Of a stretch of DNA of 64,000 nt, positions 1 to 11,700 are shown one piece after another. Both the position numbers and the translations under genes were made by a program. Each line of letters begins with the position of its first letter. Position 1 is the first letter of the stretch. The stretch is from Squalus acanthias (taxonomy: Eukaryota): assembly GCA_030390025.1 (NCBI GenBank), contig CM059438.1, positions 62,622,001 through 62,686,000 of the forward strand. Direction: 5' to 3'. The notes below the pieces were generated by a model. The model made no database searches and was not told where the DNA came from. It saw only the letters and a program-made list of their open reading frames with translations.

Positions 1-358
1 CCGTGGAGGAGATTTCATTTAGCTCTAAGTGGCATTGTAAACATTGTGTGAAGATTTCCTGTGATTGCTATTTCTAGTGAAATTTTAAGTGGTCTTTTAT
101 TTATGAGTTTACTTGGAAAAGCTAACACAGGAAAGGTCTTGTTATGTTTGTGATGTTGCTAGCACATATTGACCATCGGAAATTTTCTCCAAGAGATGAT
201 TGTGTAGATATGCAACACAAGATACTGTTTGATAAATATATTTCTGGTTAACACAGGCAATACAGCATTTTCTCAATACTGCTTTCTTCACTGGCCTTCA
301 GAATACTCTCAGCACGCTATCATGAATTAAGCACCTAACTTAGGCTGATATTATAGGT

Positions 359-802
359 GAGGATGTTCCCAATGATGGGTGAAACTAGAACTAGGGGACA
401 TAATCTTAGAATAAGGGGCTGCTCTTTCAAAACTGAGATGAGGAGAAACTTTTTCACTCAGAGGGTAGTGGGTCTGTGGAATTTGCTACCCCAGGAAGCT
501 GTGGAAGCTACTTCATTAAATAAATTTAAAACAGAAATAGACTGTTTCCTAGAAGTAAAGGGAATCAGGGGTTACGGGGAGCGGGCTGGAAATTGGACAT
601 GAGTTTGAGTTCGGATCGGTCGAGGCCCTGTGGGTGGCGGAGCGGGCCCAGGGGCCGAGTGGCCTGGTCCTGCTCCTACTTCTTGTGTTCTTTAGAGTTG
701 AGGTTGGATCAGATCAGCCATGATCACATTGAATGGCGGAGCAGGCTCGAGGGGCCGATTGGTCTACTCCTGCTCCTATTTCTTATGTTCTTATGTTCTT
801 AT
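359..802 (+). mobile_element. CR1 (HER1-like) LINE, 5'-truncated 3' end with a doubled 3' terminal module
   Basis: ORF2 C-terminus (RTRGHNLRIRG...FFTQRVV), hairpin-type 3' UTR and (TTCTTATG)n tail. Confidence 0.9.
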
Positions 803-1147
803 TTCGGTCCTAGAGTGGGGGTTTGAAACGCCAACCTTCCAACTGAGAATCAAGAGTGCTACCGGCTGAGCCAAGCAAGTACTTGTGGATGTTTCACTTA
901 ATAAGTAGGCGAAGTTCATTTGCGTGCAGATAATACATTGTGGACAAATGACCTGTTGCAAGTTGTGACACTATGGCCCAAGAGTTAGTCAATGCTGGCC
1001 TAGTCAGCCAACTTGCATGAAGAAGGGCATTGGTTTGTGGAATAGGAATCCTGGGGCAGCTGTAGGATTTAAATTTCTGGAATGGGCAATCTTCATCGGA
1101 GGAGGAGTGAGCCAAATAGAATGGCTGAAAAAGTGAAAGGAGCACAG

Positions 1148-1340
1148 CGTTCTGCCAACTTTGGCGATGGCGAGCTGGAGGTACTGCTACAGGAGGCTGG
1201 AAGGAGGACGGAAAGCCTGTTTGGGGGAAGAGGTCTTTTCAAGGAGTGCTGGTAGGATGATGGGAGGTGATGGCATTAGCTGTTAATGCCACCTCCACCA
1301 ATCCCCAAACTTTGGCAGAAAGCTCAATGACCTGAAGAGG
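1148..1340 (+). pseudogene. Decayed Myb/SANT-like (Harbinger accessory ORF-type) fragment
   Basis: Manual translation across a stop and frameshifts: RSANFGDGELEVLLQEAGRRTESLF...WEVMALAVNATS...RKLNDLKR, the Myb/SANT-like pattern. Confidence 0.55.
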
Positions 1341-1799
1341 ATGAGATTGACTACCCACCTCTGCACCAAGGCATCTGGGTGCCCATTTGCATTTAATCCT
1401 TATCATCTATCCACCAGGTAGTACACATCTCTTAGAGTCTCTTCAATGCCTTCCCAAGAACTCTGGAATCTTGGAACACCATCCTACAACTCACACCATT
1501 ATCTCACTCCACCGTCAGCACGCTTTCGGTTCAAAGCACAGATTTCAGTGTCAAATTGCGGCCAGCATTCTTTGCTCCGTCTACTGATCAGCATGGATGT
1601 GTGCTTTCACACGTCTTGCCTTCCCAGGAGAAGGCAGCCTATGATGTAAGTGAGAGGAAGGCAAGGGGGGAAGCAGAGAGGCAGAGAGGCAATCTCTCTG
1701 CCACGTGCTCTTGTTCGGAAACATTGATATGAACCACAGAGCTATTTGAGTGAAGGCCTCAGGATGTGCTGCCACCGCCCTGTCAATGGAAAGCGCTTG

Positions 1800-2890
1800 C
1801 TTCCCTCCTTAAACTTCTCCGCCTCTCTATCTCTTTCTCCTCCTTTAAGATGCTCCTTAAAACCTACCTCTTTGTCTAAGCTTTTGGTCTCCTGTCCTAA
1901 TATCTCCCTAAGTGGCTCGGTGTCAAATTTTGTTTGATAATCGCTCCAGAGCGATTTGGACAGATTGGGTGATTGGGCGGATAAATGGCAGATGCACTAT
2001 AATGTGGACAAGTGCGAAGTTATCCACCTTGGGTGCAGGAACGGGAGGGCAAATTATTATTTAAATGGCAATAAATTGGGAGAGGGGGAAGTACAGAGAG
2101 ACCTGGGTGTTCTTGTACACCAGTCACTGAAGGCGAGCATGCAGGTGCAACAGGCGGTCAAGAAGGCAAACGGTATGCTGGCCTTCATAGCAAAAGGGTT
2201 GGAATACAGGAACAGGGATACCTTGCTGCAGCTGTACAGGGCACTGGTGAGACCACACCTCGAGTACTGTGTACAGTTTTGGTCGCCTCATCTGAGGAAA
2301 GATGTTCTTGCCATGGAGGGGGTGCAGCGGCGATTCACCAGGCTGATACCAGGAATGGCGGGATTGACCTATGAGGAGAGACTATGTAGTTTAGGGATGT
2401 ACACACTGGAGTTTAGAAGATTGAGAGGGGACCTCATAGAAGTGTATAAAATTCTGACAGGTCTAGACAGACTAGATGCAGAAGGAATGTTTCCCTTGGT
2501 GGGTGAGAACAGAACTAGAGGACATAATTTAAGGATAAGGGCTAAACCATTTAGGACAGAAATGAGGGGGAATTTCTTCACTCAGAGGGTGGTGAACCTG
2601 TGGAACTCATTGCCACAGAGGGCAGTGTACGCCAGCTCATTAAATATATTTAAGAGGGAATTAGATATATTTCTACAGGCAAAAGGGGTTAAGGGTTACG
2701 GAGAGAAGGCGGGGACGGGCTACTGAATTGGATGATCAGCCATGATCTCATTAAATGGCGGAGCAGGCTCGAAGGGCCGGATGGCCTACTCCTGCTCCTA
2801 TCTTCTATGTATCTATGTATCTATGTGAAGCGCCTTGGGATGTTTTACTATGTTAAAGGCGCTGTATAAATGGAAGCTGTTGTTGTTGTT
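1800..2890 (+). mobile_element. L2-type 3' end split by a CR1 insertion (halves ~1800-1948 and ~2824-2890)
   Basis: GATAATCGCTCC resumes as TGTGAAGCGCCTTGGG...AAAGGCGCTGTATAAATG...(TGT)n after the CR1. The uninterrupted tail is present in reverse at 33695-33790. Confidence 0.75.
1949..2826 (+). mobile_element. CR1 LINE 3' fragment with an uninterrupted ORF2 C-terminus (1956-2726)
   Basis: WADKWQMHYNVDKC...LVRPHLEYCVQFWSP; (TCTATGTA)n tail. Confidence 0.93.
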
Positions 2891-4594
2891 TAGGCAGGGC
2901 GCCCCCAACGTCAGGTGGAGGCAGCAGTTGTGGCGGATGATGTGACAAGGCCGCAAAGACCTTACCCGAAAGCTTGGATTGGCCTCCGGTTCCAGCGCCC
3001 AACGTCACTTCAGGCGGAGACTCGGCGCCGCACGTCCCTGTCCTCTCCCGCGCGCGACCTCCAGCGGACGGGCTCGGCCAACTTAAAATGCGCTTTCACT
3101 TCATATTCGTTCTCACGTTAATTATTTATCTCATGCAAGTTTTGAAAAAATGTAATTTTGCAGTACAGTGACTCAACAAGCCAGGTACTAAGAGCGTTAC
3201 CCAGACTGGAAAAGGCCAGTGTGTTTGTGTTCAGCTCTGTGAGGCCACACTTGGTAAGATCTGCACTGACAGGATGCGTGATGATACCCCTGACTGGGAG
3301 TTGGGGTGGTGGGAAAAAGAGGGCCAGTCAACCACACTGAAGCCCTCTGGTACCTTGCCCAAGCGACAATTATTCAGCCTTCAACTTGGGCAATGATTGC
3401 TATTCAATAGTGCAGGGCATCACAGCTGAGCTTGATGCCGATATCCGCACACGCTTCCCTTCCGGTGAGAGTGATCGGAAGCAGAAACCTTTGCCCATTT
3501 CACCCTCCGCCCCACGTACCTCTCAGCCCGGGGGCAGTGAAGCCGATAGCAGCAATTTCTACCTGAATTTGGTCAACACAGCACGGACCGGGAATTGAAA
3601 GCGGGCACCTCCCTTGCTGGGGGATGGTTGTGTTCCACATCGGTGGTCTGTTCAGCAAACCCAGCTATCCGGGGAACCCTCCCATTATATTTTGATCCTC
3701 TCTAACCACCTTGATTCCTTATTTGGGTGGGGGGAGAAAAATAACTTATCGAACGCAGGATCAAAAAACAAAGCAAAGAGAGAAAATGGGTTGACCTACC
3801 ACACTCGCTGCTAATCGGCGACACGCAGGCTTGGCAGACAGGCCAGACAGCGGCTAGAACCTTCATTACCCTTTCCTGTTGCCAACATGTTGCAGCTTCT
3901 CGCCAACTGAGATTGAGATGCTGATCGTGCTGTCTCTGGCTGGCTGTGATGTGCGGAAACATCTTGCAACATTTCCCAGTGAGGAGGAAGGCAACGTGTC
4001 GAAATCATGCTGAATAGCAACTTACAGACAAGAGGATTTGGGCAACGGTAAACTCAACAGTGGAGAGGGGCAGTATTTATAGTGTGTGACCCGGCCCATC
4101 AGGCAGGCACCTGGATAGAAACGAGCTGTTGCCATAATATTTATGGGCCTTGTTTAATTTTTTTTTAGTTTTAGAAACTGAGGGGGTCACATTGGACATT
4201 TGTGGGGTGGGGGGGAGGTGGGAAGCAAAACGGACAAAACTGCGTCGGCCACCCATTATATGACACGCCCAATAATCAATTCCATCGAAGTCAACCGAAC
4301 TGAATATCGGGCGCGGTATGGAACGGGCAGGCGATGCGATAACGCCTGTTCTGTGCGATGGTCCAAGACAAATTTCTACCGCTGTGTGTCTATTGGTTCC
4401 CACATGTTTTATATTCATTACTCTCCCATGTTGTTGGATTATACATGCTTGCTTTAAGCTGTCATGAGCCATCTATGCAATGAAATATGGAGCAGCCTGA
4501 GACTGAGAGAAAGAGAAACTTGTTCGGCATTTTTGGCAATGGGTGGCTCGGCCTTTGGCCTCTTATGGCATCCACTGAGCTGAGCTCAACTCAA

Positions 4595-4940
4595 CTGTGG
4601 CTCGGTGCGTAGCACTCTTGCCTCTGAGTCAGAATGGTCGTGGGTTCATTGTCCCACTTCAGACAGTTGAGCACAAAAATCGAGGGTGACATTTCAATGC
4701 AGTAGTGAGGGGGTGCTGCACTGTCAGAGGTGCTGTCTTTTGGATGAGATGTTAAACCAAGGCCCTGTCTGCTCTCTCAGGTGGACGTAAAAGATCCCAT
4801 GGCACAATTTTGAAGAAGAGCAGGGAGTTATCCCCGCTGCCCTACACTTCTAAAGTACGTCATTGGTTGTAAAACAGTTTGGGATGTGCTGAGGTCATGA
4901 AAGGCGCTATATAAATGCAAGGCTTTCTTTTTTTTCTTTT
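4595..4940 (+). mobile_element. DeuSINE (SacSINE1-like), internally deleted
   Basis: tRNA-like head (GTGGCTC...GGGTTCA), Deu core GGATGAGATGTTAAACC...GGTGGACGTAAAAGATCCCATGGCAC, L2-like tail. Confidence 0.75.
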
Positions 4941-5079
4941 TTAATAGCTTGCAGTGACATCAGCGGCTTAGCAACAGTGAACTATGGATCCCAACACAAT
5001 TGGTTGGAAAGTATTACGCCAGCTTCAGCAGCTTTGGCCTCTTACCATCGCTCTTAACTGTAATAACAGTAATATGGGA

Positions 5080-6931
5080 CAGCTACATCCAGTCGTGAAT
5101 GGTGGCGGACAATTAAACAACTAACGTGAGGAGGAGGCACCATGAATATCCCCATCCTCAATGATGGCGGAGCCCAGCACGCGAATGCAAAAGACAAGGT
5201 TGAAGCGTTTGCAACCATCTTCAGCCAGAAGTGCTGAGTGGATGATCCATATCGGCCTCCTCCTGAGGTTCCCACCATCACAGAAATCAGTCTTCAGCTA
5301 ATTCGATTCGCTCCACGTGATATCAAGAAATGGCTGAGGGCACTGAAGACAGCAAAGGCTATGGGCCCCGACAACATCCCGGCTGTCGTGCTGAAGACTT
5401 GTGCTCCAGAACTAGCCACGCCTCTAGCCAAGCTGTCCCAGTACAGCTACAACACTGGCATCTACCTGACAATGTGGAAAACTGCCCAGGTATGTCCTGT
5501 CCACAAAAAAACAGGACAAATCCAATCTGGCCAATTACCGCCCCATCAGTCTACTCTCAATCTTCAGCAAAGTGATGGAAGGTGTCGTCGACAGTGCTAT
5601 CAAGTGGCACTTACTCACCAACACCCTGCTCACCGATGCCCAGTTTGGGTTCCGCCAAGACCACTCAGCTCCAGGCCTCATTACAGCCTTGGTCCAAACA
5701 TGGACAAAAGAGCTTAATTCCAGAGGTGAGGTGAGAGTGACTGCCCTTGACATCAAGGCAGCATTTGACCGAGTGTGGCATCAAGGAGCACTAGTCAAAT
5801 TGAAGCCAATGGGAATCAGGGGGAAAACTCTCCACTGGTTGGAGTCATACCTAGCACAAAGGAAGATGGTTGTGGTTGTTAGAGGTCAATCATCTCAGCC
5901 CCAAGACATTGCGGCATGAGTTCCTCAGGGCAGTGTCCTAGGCCTAACCATCTTCAGCTGTTTCATCAATGACCTTCCCTCTATCATAAGGGCAGTAGTG
6001 AGGATGTTCGCTGATGATTGCATAGTGTTCAGTTCCATTTGCAACTCCTCAGATAATGAAGCAGTCCATGCCTGCATGCAGCAAGGCCTGGATGACATCC
6101 AGGCTTGGGCTGATAAGTGGCAGGTATCATTCGCATCACACAAGTGCCAGGCAATGACTATCTCCAACAAGTGAGAGTCTAACCACCGCCCCTTGACATT
6201 CAATGTCTTTACCATCGTCGAATCCCCCACCATCAACATCCTGGGGGTCACCATTGACCAGAAACTTAACTGGACCAGCCACATAAATACTGTGGCGACA
6301 AGAGCAGATCAGAGGCTAGGTATTCTGTGGTGAGTGTCTCACCTCCTGACTCCCCAAAGCCTTTCCACCATCTACAAGGCAAGGACTGTGATGGAATACT
6401 CTCCACTTGCCTGGATGAGTGCAGCTCCAACAACACTCAAGAAGCTCGACACCATCCAGGACAAAGCAGCCCACTTGATTGGCACCACATCCACCACCTT
6501 AAACATTCACTCCCTCCACCACGTTAAACATTCACTCACTCCACCACCGGCGTACCGTGGCTGCAGTGTGTACCATCTACAAGATGCACTGCAGCAACTT
6601 GCCAAGGCTTCTTCGGCAGCACCTCACAAACCTACGACCTCTACCACCTAGAAGGACAAGGGCAGCAGGCGCATGGGAACATCCACCACCTCCAAGTTCA
6701 AATCCAAGTCACACACCATCCTGACTTCGAAATATATCGCCGTTCCTTCATCGTCGCTGGGTCAAAATCCTGGAACTCCCTCCCTAACAGCACTGTGGGA
6801 GTACCTTCACCACACGGACTGCAGCGGTTCAAGAAAGCGGCTCACCACCACCTTCTCAAGGGCAACTAGGGATGGGCAATAAATGCTGGCCTTGCCAGCG
6901 ACGCCCACATCCCATGAACGAATGAAAAAAA
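5080..6931 (+). mobile_element. Family B non-LTR retrotransposon (CR1/Jockey-group RT), 5'-truncated and decayed
   Basis: KAMGPDNIP, ALDIKAAFDRVWH, PQGSVLG and FADD motifs; 3' end GGCAATAAATGCTGGCC...GAACGAATG plus A tail. Confidence 0.88.
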
Positions 6932-7489
6932 GCATACGATCCTTGCATAATTGAACAGGAGGTGCTCTAGAATGATGGCTACCCAATATCAGTTTTTCTT
7001 ATCAAAGCAAAGCAAGATGCCTTACTGCCATAAAGAAGCAATAGTGGGCTGAATATCAGGCAGCAGTGGGGCATAAACTTGCCAGTGCAAGGTTGTGAAG
7101 GAAGCAACTTAAGCTTTGCCCCCTTAAATCGTAAACCCAATAGGGCCGGGCACCATTGCCGTGACAGGCACTCCATAGTTTAATTTCTCCAACAGTGGAA
7201 ACTCCTTGCAGAGAAAGTGAAGAGTGAACCAGCTCCCAGGCCTCGGTGAATGCTGTTTGTAAAGCTGCCGTTGGAAAGTGTACATGAGGTGAGTCATCTT
7301 CCAGTTCCCCTGACACTTTGCGCGCAAGCATTTAGCCAAACAAAACCTCCCACTGCTCAGAGGAAAAATATGCGGGCACAAAGCTGCACTGTTTCATTGC
7401 CTCCAATAACAAATTTTAAACATCTGTGGATAAAGTAAAGAAGTTGAACCCAGACAGTGATATATACCCAATAACTATGTAAACCGCTG

Positions 7490-8770
7490 GAATCACACGA
7501 TCTTACAGCACAGAAAGACGCCATTCAGTCCATCGTGCCTGAGCCGGCTCTTTGAAAGATTAGTCCCGGTCCCCTGCTCATTCCTCATAGTCCTGTAATT
7601 TTCCTTTTTAAGTATTTATCCAATTCCCTTTTGAAAGTTACTGTTGAATCTGCCTCCACCACCCTTTCAGGCAGCGCGTTCCAGATCATAACAACTCGCT
7701 GCGGAAAAAGGTTTCTGCTCATCTGCTCACTGGTTCTATTGCCACTTCTCTTAAGAACATAAGACATAGGAGCAGGAGCCGGCCATTCGGCCCCTCGAGC
7801 CTGCTCCGTCATTTAATGAGATCTTGGCTGATCTGATCTTGGGCTCAGCTCCATTTTCCTGCCCGCTCCCCATAACCCTTCACCCCCTTATTGTTCAAAA
7901 ATCTGTCTCTCTCCACCTTAAATATTTTCAATGACCCAGCCAGCTCTCTGGGGCAGAGAATTCCACAGGTTTACGACCCTCTGAGAGAAGAAATTCCTCC
8001 TCATCTCAGTTTTAAATCTGTGTCCCCTGGTTATTGACCCTCCTGTAAATGGAGACAGTTGTCATCCAATTTACTTTAAAATTGTACCATTTAGTTTATA
8101 TTGCCTCTCCTCATTATTCCTCCCAAAATGCATGACTTCACACGTCTCTGGATTAAATGTCATCTGCCATGTATCTCCCTGATGTAAGAAAACTACTAGG
8201 CACTTGGTCTAAGCGTTAAACAAAAGCTTTAATCAACTGTTTTACAACATGGAGGTCTAGTTGTGTCCTTCACAAGTTCCTGTTAAGAATGTCCCACGCA
8301 AGCTGGGCCCGTGCCCGAGTATTTATACTCTCCCTGGACAGCGCCACCAGCAGGCCGCCCAGTATTATTTCATAAGTCATTTCCACATGAATGACAAGAT
8401 TCATGTCACTCCCCATTTCACCAGTCTGTCTATGTCCTCCTGAAGTCTGCTTCTATTATCCTCACTGTTTACTACATTTCCAAGTTTCATGTCATCTGCA
8501 AACTTTTAAATGATGCCTGTATACCCAAGTCCAGGTCATTAATATATATCCAAAAGGGCAGTGGTCCTAATACCGACCCTGAGGGACACTACTGTATACT
8601 TCCCTCCAGTCTGAAAAACCATTGTTCACCACCACTCTCTGCTTTCTGACTCGTAGCAAATGTTGTATCCACTCTGCCACTGTCCCTTTAATCCCATGGG
8701 CTTCAATTTTGCTAACGAGTCTATTATGTGGTACTTTGTCAAATGCCTTCTGAAAGTCCAAATTCACAAC
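7490..8770 (-). mobile_element. Old CR1 fragment hosting a second CR1 3' end (~7755-8015), a solo LTR and the family B LINE; resumes at 14477-14520
   Basis: LDFQKAFDKVPHNRL...VPQG on the minus strand. The upstream residues DEVTERVDERSAVD lie at 14477-14520. Confidence 0.8.
8180..8408 (-). mobile_element. Solo LTR (229 bp) with 5-bp TSD CTCCC
   Basis: TGA...TCA termini, CTCCC at 8175-8179 and 8409-8413, minus-strand TATAAATA followed by ATTAAA. It cleanly interrupts CR1 sequence. Confidence 0.8.
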
Positions 8771-11700
8771 AAGTCACTCAGTTGTAACAAACTGCTACGA
8801 AAAACAATAATAAGAATAAAACCGGATGGACCACCCGGCATCGACCTCAGCACTGGCTTCGGACACGACAATGGCACACCCAGCCCAGTCGACCCTGCAA
8901 AGTCCTCCTCACCAACATCTGGGGACTTGTGCCAAAACTGGGAGAGCTGTTCCACAGACTAGTCAAGCAACAGCCTGACATAGTCATACTCACAGAATCA
9001 TACCTTTAAGCCAATGTCGCAGACTCCTCCATCACCATCCCATGGTATGTTCTGGCCCACCAGCAGGACAGACCCACCAGGGGTGGCGGCACAGTGGTAT
9101 ACAGTCGGAAAAGAGTGACCCTGGGAGTCCTCAACATTGACTCCGGACCCCATGAAGTCTCATGGCTTCAGGTCAAGCATGGGCAAGGAAACCTTCTGCT
9201 GATTACCACCTACTGCCCTCCCTCAACTGATGAATCAATACTCCTCCATGTTGAACACCACTTGGAAGAAGTGCTGAGGGTAGCAAGGTCACAGTGTGTA
9301 CTCTGGGTTGGGGACTTCAATGTCCATCTCCAAGAGTGGTTCGATAGCACCACTACTGACCGAGCTGGCTGAGTCCTGAAGGACATAACTGCCAAACTGA
9401 GTCTGCGGCAGGTGGTGAGAGAACCAACACGAGGGAAAAACTTACTTGACTTCGTCCCCACCAATCTACCTGTCGCAGATGCATCTGTCCATGACAGTAT
9501 TGGTAGGAGTGACCACCGTACAGTCCTTGTGGAGACGAAGTCCTATCTTCACACTGAGGACACCCTCCATTGTGTTGTGTGGCACTACCACCGTGCTAAA
9601 AGGGATAGATGCAAAACAGATCTAGCAGCTCAAAACTGGGCATCCATGAAGCGCTGAGGGCCATCAGCAGCAGCAGAATTGTATTCCACCACAATCTGTA
9701 ACCTCATGGCCCGGCATATTATTACCCTTCTACCATTATCATCAAGCCAGGCGACCAACCCTGGTTCAATGAGGAGTGTAGAAGAGCATGCCAGGAGCAG
9801 CACCAGGCATACCTAAAAATGAGGTGCCAACCTGGGGAAGCTGTAACACAGGACTACATGCATTCTAAACAGCGGAAGCAGCATGCGATAGACAGGGCTA
9901 AGCGATCCCACAATCAATGGAGCAGATCAAAGCTCTGTAGTCCTGCCACATCCAGTCATGAATGGTGGTGGACAATTAAACAACTAACGGGAGGAGGAGG
10001 CTCCATGAACATCCCCATCCTCAATGATGGCGGAGCCCAGCACGTGAGTGTAAAAGACAAGGCTGAAGCATTTCCAACCATCTTCAGCCAGAAGTGCCGA
10101 GTGGATGATCCATATCGGCCTGCTCCTGAGGTCCCCACCCTCACCGAAGCCAGTCTTCAGCCAATTCGATTCACTCCACGTGATATGAAGAAACGGCTGA
10201 GCGCACTGGATATAGCAAAGGCTATGGGCCCCGACAACATCCCGGCTGTTGTGCTGAAGACTTGTGCTCCAGAACTAGCCACGCCTCTAGCCAAGGTGTT
10301 CCAGTATAGCTACAACACTGGCATCTACCCGACAATGTGGAAAACTGCCCAGGTATGTCCTGTCCACAAAAAACAGGACAAATCCAATCTAGCCAATTAC
10401 CGCCCCATCAGTCTACTCTCAATCTTCAGCAAAGTGATGGAAGGTGTCGTCGACAGTGCTATCAAGTGGCACTTACTCACCAATACCCTACTCACCGATG
10501 CTTAGTTTGGGTTCCGCTAGCAACTCTCGGCTCCAGACCTCATTACAGCCTTGATCCAAACATGGACAAAAGTGCTGAATTCCAGAGGTGAGGTGAGAGT
10601 GACTGCCCTTGACATCAAGGCAGTATTTGACCGAGTGTGGCATGAAGGAGCCCTAGTAAAACTGAAGTCAATGGGAATCAGGGGGAAAACTCTCCACTGG
10701 CTGGAGTCATACCTAGCACAAAGGAAGATGGTTGTGGTTGTTAGAGGTCAATCATCTCAGCCCCAAGACATTGCTGCAGGAGTTCCTCAGGGCAGTGTCC
10801 TAGGCCCAACCATCTTCAGCTGCTTCATCAATGACCTTCCCTCCTTCATAAGGTCAGAACTGGGGATGTTCATTGATGATTGCACAGTGTTCAGTTCCAT
10901 TCGCAACTCCTCAGATAATGAAGCAGTTCATGCCCGCATGCAGCAAGACCTGGACGACATTCAGGCTTGGGCTGATAAGTGGCAAGTAACATTCGCGCCA
11001 CACAAGTGCCAGGCAGTGACTATCTCCAACAAGCGAGAGCCTAACCACCGCCCCTTGACATTCAATGAGATTACCATCGCCGAATCCCCCACCATCAACA
11101 TCCTGGGGGTCACCATAAGAACATAAGAACATAAGAAATAGGAGCAGGAGTAGGCCAATCGGCCCCTCGAGCCTGCTCCGCCATTCAATAAGATCATGGC
11201 TGATCTGATCCTAACCGCCAATCTACTATCTATCACAGAACCATCTCCTGCATCTAACAGAAATGCACACACGAAATAGGAGCAGAATCAGGCTACACGG
11301 TCCCTGGGCCCGCTCCACTACCCACAGGGCCATGACCAATCCGAACCTAGACTCATGTCCAAATTCCTGCCCGCTCCCCGTAACCCTTAATGCCCTTTAC
11401 TTCTAGGAAACTGTCTATTTCTGTTTTAAATTTATTTAATGATGTAGCTTCTACAGCTTTTTGTGGCAGCATATTCCATGGACCTACCACCCTCTGAGTG
11501 AAGTAGTTCCTCCTCATCTCAGTTTTGAAAGAGCAGCCCCTTATTCTAAGACTATGTCCCCTAGTTCTAGTCTCACCCGTCATCGGGAACATCCTCCCCG
11601 CATCCACCCGATCCAACCCCTTCACAATCTTATATGTTTCAATAAGATCGCCTCTCATTCTTCTGAACTCCAATGAGTAGAGTCCCAATCTACCCAACCT

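Noticed and set aside
3800..4010. Possible minus-strand exon ending at a GTAGGT donor
   Set aside because: The acceptor is ambiguous and the peptide is unrecognisable.
4182..4381. Additional Harbinger-type MITE (similar partial ends near 58085-58180 and 62922)
   Set aside because: TIRs are too degenerate and no TSD could be fixed.
8338..8358. CTCF site in the solo LTR
   Set aside because: It has several mismatches at core positions in both orientations.
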